64,000 bases of DNA from an uncultured Desulfatitalea sp. (GTDB taxonomy: Bacteria > Desulfobacterota > Desulfobacteria > Desulfobacterales > Desulfosarcinaceae). Position 1 is the stretch's first letter. Each line of letters opens with the position of its first letter. The stretch spans positions 1,536,001 to 1,600,000 of the forward strand of contig CAXXMB010000002.1 of NCBI GenBank assembly GCA_963668675.2. The letters are read 5' to 3'. The notes beneath the pieces are model-generated. The model saw only the letters and a list, made by a program, of their open reading frames with translations. It was not told the DNA's origin and made no database searches. The position numbers and the translations under genes were made by a program. Shown piece after piece: positions 10,310 through 19,909 of this stretch.

Positions 10310-10337
10310 ATATCGGCATGCAAGAATAATTTCTTTA
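10310..10337 (-). promoter_or_regulatory. Putative sigma28 promoter for the small Cys-rich gene
   Basis: Minus strand TAAAG-N15-GCCGATAT, same spacing as the site at 3051-3078. Confidence 0.6.
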
Positions 10338-10528
10338 CCCAAAATTCTGTAAAACCATTTGGGTTTGCATTCTGTCATGGGGCTAAATTTGATGTTGAGG
10401 TCATTTGTATTTTAAGAAACGCATGGTGGTAAAAATAGCGAATAGCTTCACGATCGACAGGCCTCTCATTGAATATTGCGCTTTCCGGCGGAAAATGACA
10501 AAGTCAGGAACCGATATAAGCTGGCCCC

Positions 10529-10747
10529 ATGATTTGTTTTGGCGATTCATGCAATAGAAGGGATTCCGATTTGGATGAAGGATCTAAGCCGATAAAATGT
10601 TCAGACGATACCGAGCAGGTCGTTATCAATCTTCCATGCCGGCTGATCGATAGGGCAAAAAAATATGCCGATAAACATGGTAATACCGTCACGGGTGTGG
10701 TTATCGAAGCCCTTGATTCATTGTTGGGGCGTCCCGAAGCAAGATGA
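10529..10747 (+). CDS. Small hypothetical protein, ribbon-helix-helix-like C-terminal half
   Basis: VVINLPCRLIDRAKKYADKHGNTVTGVVIEALDSLL fits an RHH pattern. Confidence 0.55.
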   Translation: MICFGDSCNRRDSDLDEGSKPIKCSDDTEQVVINLPCRLIDRAKKYADKHGNTVTGVVIEALDSLLGRPEAR

Positions 10748-10854
10748 GTGCAATATGAACATTAAGCGTGGTCGATTTCGGATTAGTGGGCTTTCCCGAA
10801 GGCCACTTAGAAAATAATAAATATTCTGTGACGACAAACCTTAGTAGTGAAACC

Positions 10855-11187
10855 ATGCAGGGCAACTCGGATAGGCGTAAATATCCTCGCATTTCATTTC
10901 ATGTACCTGTCAGTGTGATGGGGTTAAACGAAGAGGCCCGGGTTGTCGATTTTAGTTTGAACGGATTTTTTGTTCAAATGAACGCCAGGAGCAAACTCAC
11001 GGAGGGGCAGCAAGTTCGTTTGGCATTAAAATTTCCCCATGGGAAAACGAGCACCGTCATCAAGGCCAAAGTTGTGTATATCGATCAAAAGGGTTTTGGC
11101 TGCCAATTTGTCCACCTGAGTCCTCTGATTAATGAGCTGTTGGAAAAAAATTTTGATTTTTACAGTGGTACCCTTCCGATTGAATGA
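10855..11187 (+). CDS. Stand-alone PilZ domain protein (c-di-GMP receptor)
   Basis: RRKYPR (RxxxR) and DFSLNG (DxSxxG) motifs; start placed at ATG 10855. Confidence 0.9.
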   Translation: MQGNSDRRKYPRISFHVPVSVMGLNEEARVVDFSLNGFFVQMNARSKLTEGQQVRLALKFPHGKTSTVIKAKVVYIDQKGFGCQFVHLSPLINELLEKNFDFYSGTLPIE

Positions 11188-11220
11188 TTCGATGCTGAAA
11201 TCAAATAAATGGTAGCCGCT

Positions 11221-11382
11221 ATGCTCCCCAAACTCATCGGCATCATATTCGGCATCCTGGCAGTCGGCATCTTTGCCTGAAAATTTAGAGAAACGTCCCT
11301 TTACCGACCATGAATCATGTTGCCCCTTGGCTTGGGCGTCGGGTACGCTGCTTATTGGTTGGTGAAGTGGATGATGTCTTAA
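11221..11382 (+). pseudogene. Probable pseudogene of a small 2-TM membrane protein with two in-frame TGA
   Basis: MLPKLIGIIFGILAVGIFA*KFRETSLYRP*IMLPLGLGVGYAAYWLVKWMMS(TAA); TGA at 11278 and 11311. Confidence 0.4.
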
Positions 11383-11409
11383 GTGGAACAGGGGGGGCGA
11401 TCCACTTTT

Positions 11410-11433
11410 TCTGTGTGTGAATCTGTGTGTGAA
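11410..11433. repeat. 12-bp tandem direct repeat, candidate integrase arm-type site
   Basis: TCTGTGTGTGAA x2 about 120 bp inside the att-like fragment; IHF-like TTTCAATATGTTA at 11499-11511. Confidence 0.5.
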
Positions 11434-11549
11434 AAAGTTTCCAAAATTGACCAAAACGTGGAAAATCTACGAAAATGTAGAAATTAAATTTCATGCGGTT
11501 TCAATATGTTATTGTAATTTGAGGAGGTTAGGAAACTCAAAGGTCTTGT

Positions 11550-11593
11550 CTCTGACTCCGTCAGCCCAGGTTCGAATCCTGGTCCCTCAGCCA
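11550..11593 (+). mobile_element. 3'-half tRNA-Gln(CTG) fragment: att junction of an integrated element
   Basis: CTCTGACTCCGTCAGCCCAGGTTCGAATCCTGGTCCCTCAGCCA gives anticodon loop, T-arm, acceptor 3' strand and CCA; upstream bases cannot form the anticodon stem or D-arm. Confidence 0.85.
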
Positions 11594-11604
11594 AAAAAAC
11601 CCAG

Positions 11605-11642
11605 AGGGTTGCACCGCATGGCGCAACCCTTTTCCTTTTTTA
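11605..11642 (+). terminator. Rho-independent terminator of the original tRNA locus
   Basis: AGGGTTGC..GCAACCCT stem followed by TTTCCTTTTTT. Confidence 0.75.
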
Positions 11643-11841
11643 TGACACGCTGCACAATGCGGTTTGACACTTGCCCCCGGTTTGCCCTATTTTACCGGGT
11701 ATCAAGGTTGAACGCACCTGTCCCGAACAAGCTGACGCCAGTGCTTGACATCGAGGCGAAGAGGGATGGCTTCCTAAACCCGATAACAACCAATAAACCC
11801 TCGCCGTTTAACGTTACGGATTAAAATAGGAGAACACCGAA

Positions 11842-13542
11842 ATGGCCGATACCGACGCAGGGCCCAAAAGCCCTTCCAATTTTATTAAAAATATAATCGA
11901 TGAAGATCTGAAAGCCGGCAAAAACGATGGCCGGGTGGGCACACGGTTCCCGCCAGAGCCCAACGGCTATCTGCATATCGGCCATGCCAAATCGATCTGC
12001 CTCAATTTCGGTCTGGCGCAAACGTACAACGGCACTTGCAACCTGCGCTTCGACGACACCAATCCGACGAAGGAGGAGGTCGAGTATGTCGACGCCATAA
12101 AGGAAGATGTCCGCTGGCTCGGCTTTGACTGGCAGGATCGGGAGTACTACGCCTCGGACTACTTCGAGCGGCTCTACGAACTTGCCGTTCGCCTGATCGA
12201 AGCGGGCAAAGCCTATGTGGACAGCTTGAGTGCCGAAGAGATCCGCCAGTACCGCGGCACGCTGACCGAACCGGGTAAAAACAGCCCCTATCGCGATCGG
12301 CCCGTCGAAGAGAATCTAGACCTGTTTGAACGCATGCGCTCCGGCGAGTTTGAAGACGGCCAATGTGTTTTGCGGGCGAAGATCGACATGAGCAACCCCA
12401 ACCTGCTCATGCGCGATCCGACCCTGTACCGCATCCGCAAGGCATCCCACCACCGCACAGGCGATCAGTGGTGCATCTACCCGATGTACGACTTCACCCA
12501 CTGCCTCTCCGACGCCATCGAGTGCATCACCCACTCGATCTGTACGCTGGAGTTTGAAAACAACCGGGCGTTGTACGACTGGGTCCTCGACCAACTCGAC
12601 ATGCCCTGCCGGCCCTACCAATACGAATTCGCCCGGTTGAACCTGACCTTCACGGTATTGAGCAAACGGAAATTGATCCAGCTCGTCAACGAGGGCCATG
12701 TAACCGGATGGGACGATCCACGCATGCCCACCATCTCCGGGATGAGGCGCAGGGGATACACCGCCGAGAGTCTACGCACCTTCTGTGAACGCATCGGCGT
12801 CGCCAAGGCCAACAGTATGGTGGACGTAGCCCTGCTCGAGCACGCCATTCGTGAAGACCTGAACCGCCGCGCCCCCCGGGTGATGGCGGTCTTACGCCCA
12901 TTGAAAGTGACCATCGAAAACTATCCCGAGGGGCAGGTGGAGATGCTCGAAGCGGTCAACAACCCGGAAGATGCCGCCATGGGGACCCGCGAGGTGCCCT
13001 TCGGCCGGACCCTCTATATCGAACGGGACGATTTCATGGAGGACCCGCCCAAGAAGTTCTTCCGCCTGGCACCCGGTCGAGAGGTACGCCTGCGGTACGC
13101 CTACTTCATCACCTGCACGGAAGCGATCAAAGATCCGCAGACAGGGGAGGTCACCGAACTGCGCTGTACCTATGACCCGGCCACCCGCGGCGGCGACTCG
13201 CCGGACGGGCGCAAGGTCAAGGCCACACTGCATTGGGTCTCGGCCGAACACGCCGTTCCGGGTGAGGTGCGCCTTTACGACCGGCTCTTTGTCAAACCCG
13301 AACCTGACCAGCGGGAGGAGGGTAAAACCTTCATCGATTACATCAATCCGGATGCTTTGGAAGTATTGACCGACTGCAAACTGGAGCCCGAACTGGCAAA
13401 GAGTGCGCCGGGCAGTGTCTGCCAGTTTGAACGGCTCGGGTACTTCTGCGCCGACAGCAAGGAGTCGAACGCCGACCATCTGGTCTTCAATCGAACGGTA
13501 ACCCTTCGGGACAGCTGGGCCAAAATCGCCAAGAAGAGATAG
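11842..13542 (+). CDS. glnS: Glutamine--tRNA ligase
   Basis: [56 protein letters not shown]. Confidence 0.98.
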   Translation: MADTDAGPKSPSNFIKNIIDEDLKAGKNDGRVGTRFPPEPNGYLHIGHAKSICLNFGLAQTYNGTCNLRFDDTNPTKEEVEYVDAIKEDVRWLGFDWQDREYYASDYFERLYELAVRLIEAGKAYVDSLSAEEIRQYRGTLTEPGKNSPYRDRPVEENLDLFERMRSGEFEDGQCVLRAKIDMSNPNLLMRDPTLYRIRKASHHRTGDQWCIYPMYDFTHCLSDAIECITHSICTLEFENNRALYDWVLDQLDMPCRPYQYEFARLNLTFTVLSKRKLIQLVNEGHVTGWDDPRMPTISGMRRRGYTAESLRTFCERIGVAKANSMVDVALLEHAIREDLNRRAPRVMAVLRPLKVTIENYPEGQVEMLEAVNNPEDAAMGTREVPFGRTLYIERDDFMEDPPKKFFRLAPGREVRLRYAYFITCTEAIKDPQTGEVTELRCTYDPATRGGDSPDGRKVKATLHWVSAEHAVPGEVRLYDRLFVKPEPDQREEGKTFIDYINPDALEVLTDCKLEPELAKSAPGSVCQFERLGYFCADSKESNADHLVFNRTVTLRDSWAKIAKKR

Positions 13543-13553
13543 GAGCGTGTGCA

Positions 13554-15257
13554 TTGGATATGACGCTTTGGACATTTCTCATGCAATTGGTCATGCTGCT
13601 TGGCGCCGCATTCGCTCTCGGCGCATTGGCACAGCGGCTTCGCCAGAGCCCCATCATTGGATACCTGCTGGCCGGGACCATCGTCGGCCCCCTGCTCTTC
13701 AACCCCGACGCCATCAACCAAACCGCCGAATTGGGCGTTTCGCTGCTGCTCTTCTCCATCGGCCTCGAATTCTCCTTCAGCCGCCTGCGCAGCATGGGCC
13801 GCATGGCCTTCGGGGCCGGCACGGTGCAGGTGGTCGGAACGCTGCTACTGGTCACACTGCTCCTGGCTGCCTGGATGGGCCACCTCCGTGCCCTGGCCAT
13901 CGGCGCCATCGTCGCCTTGAGTTCTACCGCAGTGGTCATGCGCGTGCTGGTGGACAGGGCGGAGATCGACTCGGTCCGCGGAAGAAGCTGCCTGGCCATT
14001 TTGCTGCTGCAGGACATTGCCATCGTCCCCCTGGTCATCATGGTGAGCCTGCTGGCGCCGACCGGCGGTGACATCTCCATCGCCTATCATATTTTGAAAA
14101 TCGTTGCGGCCGCCATAGGCCTTGCGCTGGTCCTCTACCTGCTTCTCTACTGGGGGGCCCCGGCCCTGCTCTCAGCCGAAGGGGTGTTTGCGAACCGCGA
14201 ACTCAGTGTACTGCTGGCCATTACCGTGGGGATCGGCGCGTCCTGGGCAGCTCACGCATTGGGGATATCACCGGCCCTGGGTGCCTTTGTGGCCGGGATG
14301 CTGCTGGCAGAATCGCCTTTCGCAGCCCAGATACAGGCGGATATCGGCTCACTGCGCATCGTGATGGTGACCCTCTTTTTCGCCTCGGTCGGCATGCTGG
14401 CCAAGCCGATCTTTTTCCTAACCCACCTTCACTGGGTGCTTCTGGCTGCCCTGACGATCTTCCTTTTCAAGGCACTGATCGTTTACGGCACCACCCGCCT
14501 GTTTGGGCTCGACCACCTGCACGCCGCAGCCACGGGCATCAGCCTGGGCCAGATCGGTGAGTTCTCCTTTGTCCTGGCAGCCTCCGCGCTCCGGGGGAGG
14601 CTTTTCGGGGACGACACTTTCGATTTGATCATCTCGACCGTTATTGTGCTGATGTTCGCCGCCCCTTACATGGTGGCCTATGCATTCCCGATTGCAGACC
14701 GACTGAGAAGACCACCCTCCGGAACCGATAAAGGGGTAGCCTCTTCCCAACAAGCAGCTGTGAACAAGGCCCTGGTCGTGGGATTCGGACCGGCCGGCCG
14801 GCAGGTTGTACAGCAGCTTAAAGATCAGCGCGTTGAACCCATCATCATCGATGTCAATCCAGCAAACAAGGCGGAAGCAAAACAGATGGGGCTGAACCAC
14901 CATCTGGGAGATGCGAGCAACGAAGAGGTCCTGATCCATGCAGGATTGTCCGAGGTGTGCCTGGCGGTGATCACCATCCCCGATACCCAGACCGCCATCC
15001 GGGTAATCGCCACACTGAAACGCCTCCGCCCGATGCTCCCCATCGCCGCCCGCTGCCGCTACAATCGGCACCTCGAAGCTTTGAAGAGGGCAGGCGCACA
15101 GATCGTGGTCGACGAAGAGACCCAAATCGGCCATCTGTTAGCCCATCAAATTTCGACGTTCATACAAAGCGGTCCGGAAACCACATTGGCCTGCCGTCTG
15201 GCGGGCGTACCGGAGATGCAACCGGAGGATCGCACCGAGCCCCAAACGAACCGATAG
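13554..15257 (+). CDS. CPA2 cation:proton antiporter (Kef-like) with C-terminal TrkA-N domain
   Basis: LLFSIGLEF, ALSSTAVV, LLLQDIA, LGAFVAGMLL, QIGEFSFVL; GFGPAG Rossmann motif. Confidence 0.92.
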   Translation: MDMTLWTFLMQLVMLLGAAFALGALAQRLRQSPIIGYLLAGTIVGPLLFNPDAINQTAELGVSLLLFSIGLEFSFSRLRSMGRMAFGAGTVQVVGTLLLVTLLLAAWMGHLRALAIGAIVALSSTAVVMRVLVDRAEIDSVRGRSCLAILLLQDIAIVPLVIMVSLLAPTGGDISIAYHILKIVAAAIGLALVLYLLLYWGAPALLSAEGVFANRELSVLLAITVGIGASWAAHALGISPALGAFVAGMLLAESPFAAQIQADIGSLRIVMVTLFFASVGMLAKPIFFLTHLHWVLLAALTIFLFKALIVYGTTRLFGLDHLHAAATGISLGQIGEFSFVLAASALRGRLFGDDTFDLIISTVIVLMFAAPYMVAYAFPIADRLRRPPSGTDKGVASSQQAAVNKALVVGFGPAGRQVVQQLKDQRVEPIIIDVNPANKAEAKQMGLNHHLGDASNEEVLIHAGLSEVCLAVITIPDTQTAIRVIATLKRLRPMLPIAARCRYNRHLEALKRAGAQIVVDEETQIGHLLAHQISTFIQSGPETTLACRLAGVPEMQPEDRTEPQTNR

Positions 15258-15266
15258 GAGAGTCAT

Positions 15267-16112
15267 ATGAAATATATCGGCGCCCATGTCAGTGCCAGCG
15301 GCGGCGTGGAAAACGCTCCGCTCAATGCCCGCAGCATCGGGGCTACCGCCTTTGCCCTCTTCACCAAAAACCAGCGCCAGTGGCATGCCAAACCGCTGAG
15401 CAAAAAGAGCATAGAGGCGTTTCGGAAAAATTGCAGTGAAAGCGGGTACGCTCCGGAGCAGATACTGCCCCACGACAGCTACCTGATCAACCTGGGCCAC
15501 CCGGAAGAAGAGGGGCTCGCTAAATCAAGGAACGCTTTCCTGGATGAGTTCCAGAGGTGCGAGCAACTCGGATTGATCTACCTCAACTTCCACCCGGGCA
15601 GCCATCTGAAGAAGAGTACAGAAGCACAATGTCTGGCGCGCATCGCCGAGTCGATCAATCTGACCATCGGCCAGACCAGCAACGTGATCGCCGTCATCGA
15701 AAACACCGCCGGCCAGGGAACCAACGTGGGCTATCGCTTTGAACACCTGGCGGAAATCATCGACCAGATCGAAGATAAGTCGAGAGTCGGCGTCTGCCTG
15801 GACACCTGCCACACGTACGCATCCGGCTATGATATTAAAAGTGAATCCGGCTACTCTGACACGATGGAAGCATTTGACCGTATCGTTGGATTCTCCTACC
15901 TCAAGGGCATGCACCTCAACGACTCCAAAAAGGAGAACGCCAGCCGGGTCGATCGGCACGAGAGCCTCGGCAACGGTACCCTGGGGATAGAAACCTTCAA
16001 AAGAATTATGCAGGATGAACGCCTTGACGGCATCCCACTCATCTTGGAAACCCCCAATGACGCCCTGTGGCCTGAGGAGATAAAACGGTTGAAGCAGTTT
16101 GCCGGCGATTGA
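15267..16112 (+). CDS. nfo: Endonuclease IV
   Basis: [50 protein letters not shown]. Confidence 0.97.
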   Translation: MKYIGAHVSASGGVENAPLNARSIGATAFALFTKNQRQWHAKPLSKKSIEAFRKNCSESGYAPEQILPHDSYLINLGHPEEEGLAKSRNAFLDEFQRCEQLGLIYLNFHPGSHLKKSTEAQCLARIAESINLTIGQTSNVIAVIENTAGQGTNVGYRFEHLAEIIDQIEDKSRVGVCLDTCHTYASGYDIKSESGYSDTMEAFDRIVGFSYLKGMHLNDSKKENASRVDRHESLGNGTLGIETFKRIMQDERLDGIPLILETPNDALWPEEIKRLKQFAGD

Positions 16113-16124
16113 CGGCAAACATCC

Positions 16125-16173
16125 CAAAGACAAAGGGGGCGCGCTCGCCGAAAGCACGCCCCCTTTGTCTTTG
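16125..16173. terminator. Bidirectional terminator between convergent nfo and cold-shock genes
   Basis: 17-bp inverted repeat CAAAGACAAAGGGGGCG / CGCCCCCTTTGTCTTTG. Confidence 0.8.
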
Positions 16174-16194
16174 AAATGATGGGGTTAGAGAAGA

Positions 16195-16395
16195 TTATTC
16201 CACAGTGACATTGACCGCAGCCGGTCCCTTTTGCCCTTGCTCCACGGTAAAACTCACCCGATCGCCTTCGTTGAGTGTACGAAAGCCCGTGGCATTGATG
16301 CCGGTATGGTGCACAAATACATCGGGTCCGTCTTCCTGCTCAATGAAACCGTAGCCTTTTTTCTCGTTGAACCATTTCACAGTGCCGTTGGCCAT
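16195..16395 (-). CDS. Cold-shock protein (CspA family)
   Basis: [40 protein letters not shown]. Confidence 0.97.
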   Translation of the reverse strand: MANGTVKWFNEKKGYGFIEQEDGPDVFVHHTGINATGFRTLNEGDRVSFTVEQGQKGPAAVNVTVE

Positions 16396-16516
16396 AGTGG
16401 CGTCCTCCTTTCATAGAATTCTCTTGGTCCCAAACTTCAGGTCGCCACTCAGCATATACCACCTTCAGCTTAAAACCGGCCTCGAATGGACGGCAGGCCC
16501 TTAAAGATTGAAAAAT

Positions 16517-16544
16517 ATTGTATTCGTTGGCAGCAGATTGTCAA
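16517..16544 (-). promoter_or_regulatory. Sigma70-like promoter of the cold-shock gene (long 5'UTR)
   Basis: Minus strand TTGACA-N16-TACAAT, about 120 bp upstream of the start. Confidence 0.6.
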
Positions 16545-16704
16545 GTGTTTTGTAGAGTTTAAGGTTGACAATAAAGAAGGCATAAGATTAGCTGGAAGCA
16601 AATTTTCACCCGAACTGAGCTCAAGAGGAAAGAGTGCCCGAAAGTGTTGTTGCCGGTTGCGCTCATTGCGGGTTGGACAAAAAGCATTTAGCAGGAGGCC
16701 GCCA

Positions 16705-17070
16705 ATGAGCGATTTTTCAAATCCGAACAGCATTGATTTTAAAGTAGATATCCAGAACCTCTATCGGGAAGAGGCCGTCACCGACTTGAAGGTGGCATCC
16801 ATCCGGCGCCTGGTTCCCATTCAACCCGATGGCAGCGATGACACAACGCGCAACGCCATCTTCATCGCCAGCACCCAGTTGATGAGCCCCGAGGGCCCAT
16901 TGCCACTACAAGCCCGTCTTCAAGCCAACAATCTTTCGGAAGCATACGAAGAGTTTCCAAAAGCCATGCAGCAGGCATTGAACGAGGTGATGGCGCAAGT
17001 TGAAGAGATGCGCCGGCAACAGGCCGCTGAAAAGAAGGACGAATCCCGCATCATCGTTCCGGGGAGATAA
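16705..17070 (+). CDS. Conserved hypothetical cytoplasmic protein
   Basis: AGGAGG RBS before ATG 16705; NLYREEAVTDLKVASIRRLVP..SRIIVPG. Confidence 0.8.
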   Translation: MSDFSNPNSIDFKVDIQNLYREEAVTDLKVASIRRLVPIQPDGSDDTTRNAIFIASTQLMSPEGPLPLQARLQANNLSEAYEEFPKAMQQALNEVMAQVEEMRRQQAAEKKDESRIIVPGR

Positions 17071-17076
17071 CCGACC

Positions 17077-18015
17077 TTAGCTGATATCGGCCGTTGCCCC
17101 GGATGGTGTGGGAGTATCGAAAGATGCACTCTCTTCGGTGCAGTGCTGGCGCACCTGCTCGGTGAGGCGAAGCACCACATCCGCCGATAGCGGCCTGGGC
17201 CTGACATACTGGAACAGGGCTTCGAACTGGGTGGGATTGATGACCGAAATGCCCTCCGCAGAAGTGCGCTTGATCTGCCATCCGGGCATCGCCACCACGG
17301 CCCGGGCAGCCAGCGGCACCTCCAGTGTTTGCGAAAGCCACTCAGAGAGCATCTCCGCTTCCATGCTGGCGCGTTCGACACTTTCATGGTTCTCTTCGCC
17401 CGGGAAGAAGAGGGTCCGCCCGTCATAGGTGACCGTGGCAAAGGCATTGAGATCGGGCTGGTAGGCACCGGCTCCGACAAAGGCCTGTACGGTAAAGACC
17501 CCTTTGGGACCAATCAGAATGTGGTCGAAGCGCGTATCGTTCAGCCGGCAATCGCTGAAAACCGAATAACCGCGTCCTCTGAGGCCATCGACATGCTTCG
17601 CCACCACCGCCTTGGCATCATAAACCCACTGCCGCATCTTCAGATCGCGGGTGGCACGCCGCCAGCGCAAGTAGGACCAACCCCACATGGCTGCTCCCAG
17701 AAAAACTGCGGTACCTAAGCCCTCCATCACAACCGGCCCGGACCGGGCCTGGAGAAACCCGGCATATCCCAAACAAAAAACAATGGGTGTCGTGAACAGC
17801 GCAACGAAAGCCGTTCGGACCGTTAACGCTCCATCATCGATCCGCTTTTGCAGCCGAAAGGACGTAGTGTAAGGCGCTTCAGTCGCATCTGCCGCCCTGG
17901 CCGCTCTGCGCTTCACCAACAGCTGCAACAGCAGGGCAAGTATCGCCCACGAGACCAGGGTGGCTCCCACGGCCCATGAAGATCCCTCCAACCATGATAG
18001 GTTTTGTATTTTCAT
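17077..18015 (-). CDS. Membrane protein with nuclease-related (NERD) domain
   Basis: Three N-terminal hydrophobic segments, then FDHILIGPKGVFTV (NERD-like; usual ExK replaced by QAF). Confidence 0.75.
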   Translation of the reverse strand: MKIQNLSWLEGSSWAVGATLVSWAILALLLQLLVKRRAARAADATEAPYTTSFRLQKRIDDGALTVRTAFVALFTTPIVFCLGYAGFLQARSGPVVMEGLGTAVFLGAAMWGWSYLRWRRATRDLKMRQWVYDAKAVVAKHVDGLRGRGYSVFSDCRLNDTRFDHILIGPKGVFTVQAFVGAGAYQPDLNAFATVTYDGRTLFFPGEENHESVERASMEAEMLSEWLSQTLEVPLAARAVVAMPGWQIKRTSAEGISVINPTQFEALFQYVRPRPLSADVVLRLTEQVRQHCTEESASFDTPTPSGATADIS

Positions 18016-18272
18016 TATTGAAGCGTGCCAATTTATTCTGTTAATAGCAACTTAGGATTGATTGCCAATCACAACGCCATTCCTGTCCGGGTAAAAGTCC
18101 TACCGTGCAGAACCCATGCGATCTGTACGGCAGGCAGCAAAAATATCGGCGTTTCATCCAAAACCATTACCGTAAAACTGATTTCGCGAGAGCGAGCGTG
18201 CCATGCGCTTGACTTACACCACCCGCATGCTACCTTAGGCCCCACCAAAAATAGACAGGAACCCGAATCAAA

Positions 18273-18656
18273 ATGCCCATTCACTTCAACTTCTGCGAAC
18301 GCGTCGCCAGCCGCTGCGGCGACAATTTCAAACGATGCTCCCAGTGCATCAACTGCCGGGCCCAGTGTCCGTTTGCGGCGACCATGACCTATGGCCCCAA
18401 CGGCATCATCCGCCTCATCCAGTACGGCCTCTCCGACGAAGCGCTGCAAAGCCCTGACATCTGGCCCTGTATCAACTGCCGTGTCTGTTCAATCGCCTGC
18501 CCCATGGCCATCGACATACCGACCCTGATGGCAACCCTCAGGGAGATGGCCATCGAAGCCGGTGTGCAGATCGACGAAAAGGCCATCGCCAGATTCCATC
18601 GCACGGCAACAGCCATCACATCATCGGCGGACGAAGAGAACAAAAACGCTACTTGA
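18273..18656 (+). CDS. HdrC-like 4Fe-4S dicluster protein
   Basis: CSQCINCRAQCP and WPCINCRVCSIACP. Confidence 0.85.
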   Translation: MPIHFNFCERVASRCGDNFKRCSQCINCRAQCPFAATMTYGPNGIIRLIQYGLSDEALQSPDIWPCINCRVCSIACPMAIDIPTLMATLREMAIEAGVQIDEKAIARFHRTATAITSSADEENKNAT

Positions 18657-19143
18657 GCAACCGGCTGTCAAATCCATAGAACGATTGGCGGGTCAGCGCC
18701 TTATCCCATAAACGACGAATCCGGGGGTTGTAATAGTAGACCCGCATCCCCCCCAGCCATGCCTCCCACGCTGCTGGTGGAATCATATCCTGACTGAAGA
18801 AGCAATACTCTTCGGCGCACAGATCGAAATAGGCGTATAGATCGTCCGCCTGATCCACGGACAACGATTCGGCACTCTCTCCTTCCAGAATGCGATAGAG
18901 CCTCGGCCGCATCTCTGCATAGCGGCCATTGAAGTGAACCAGCAGTCCGGAAGATATCTTGAGGGCCGTCAGGCGCTGCTTCTGCACGAAGTAGACAAGG
19001 GCAATATTGGCTATCAGAACGACCATGAACACTGGCGACTCTGCGGCGGCACTGAAGAGCATCGGCGCGGCAACCGTCACGGCGAACAGCACCAGCAGTA
19101 TCCACCAGTAATTGCGGTAGAACCAGTGATAGCATCTGTTCAC
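18649..19143 (-). CDS. Hypothetical membrane protein (2 TM)
   Basis: GGAGG RBS, two hydrophobic helices, then YFDLCAEEY..W.AW..GM helical domain. Confidence 0.7.
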   Translation of the reverse strand: MNRCYHWFYRNYWWILLVLFAVTVAAPMLFSAAAESPVFMVVLIANIALVYFVQKQRLTALKISSGLLVHFNGRYAEMRPRLYRILEGESAESLSVDQADDLYAYFDLCAEEYCFFSQDMIPPAAWEAWLGGMRVYYYNPRIRRLWDKALTRQSFYGFDSRLLK

Positions 19144-19159
19144 AAAGCTCCCTCCATCC

Positions 19160-19909
19160 TCACTGCTGCCTCAGCTGATCGACCACAGGAAGCAAATCGA
19201 TCAGCGCTCCCGAATAATCCGCCTGGTGGGTCTGCCCCAGCCGCACCTTGCGTCCTTTGGCCACAGCACTGTAATCGATTGCACCCGCCTCGGTGGTCAA
19301 GTAGGTGGCCATGCCCACACTGCCGGCCACCATATCGTTAACCGTATCGTTGCCCACCATGATACACTCCTCGGGCCGCCGCCCAATCATATCACTGATC
19401 TGGCGGTAATACTCCCCTCGAGGCTTTACATAGGCCATGTTCTCCAGATGGGTAACCAGACGAAACCGCTCCTGGTCGAGATCGATCCACGCCATCCTCT
19501 TCTCCTGGGCGATCTCCGGAAAAAGCGGGTTGGTGGCCACCACCAACTCAATTCCCCAGGATTTCAACTGATCGAGAACCCGATCCAGCGACTTGGACGC
19601 CACCGCCTCCACTGGCACCTTCTCATACTCTTCTTCATAAAAACGCATAAATCGATCCCACACCGCCTGCCGGACCGACGCCGAATCCCCATCGCAAAAA
19701 AGATTTAGGAAAAGCTCCCGGTTGCTCATCTCACCATTGTTCTTGATCAACCCACGGATGCCCCTTAGCAGCCGATCGCGAAACTGATCATCCGGAACCA
19801 GATCGGCAAAAAAGGGCACGACGCGCTCCATGTAACTCAGGTAGAATTGCGTCTCGTCAAACAGGATCATCGTATTGTCCAAGTCCAGCAGGACCGCTTT
19901 AATCGTCAT
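19160..19909 (-). CDS. HAD-superfamily hydrolase
   Basis: DLDNT motif I, ATNP, KP, MVGND..ND. Confidence 0.92.
   Translation of the reverse strand: MTIKAVLLDLDNTMILFDETQFYLSYMERVVPFFADLVPDDQFRDRLLRGIRGLIKNNGEMSNRELFLNLFCDGDSASVRQAVWDRFMRFYEEEYEKVPVEAVASKSLDRVLDQLKSWGIELVVATNPLFPEIAQEKRMAWIDLDQERFRLVTHLENMAYVKPRGEYYRQISDMIGRRPEECIMVGNDTVNDMVAGSVGMATYLTTEAGAIDYSAVAKGRKVRLGQTHQADYSGALIDLLPVVDQLRQQ

Noticed and set aside
11278..11313. Selenocysteine recoding of the TGA codons
   Set aside because: No redox motif context or evident SECIS-like hairpin; Trp-to-stop decay is simpler
11520..11593. Intact tRNA-Gln gene
   Set aside because: TGAGGAG at 11520 only partly matches the acceptor strand, and there is no D-arm or 5' anticodon-stem strand; treated as an att fragment
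11417..11824. 135-aa ORF across the att site
   Set aside because: Runs through the tRNA fragment, terminator and probable glnS promoter; no RBS or protein-like features
16590..16700. Riboswitch (e.g. c-di-GMP) in the leader of the 16705 gene
   Set aside because: Lacks the conserved motifs and pairings of classes I can recognise
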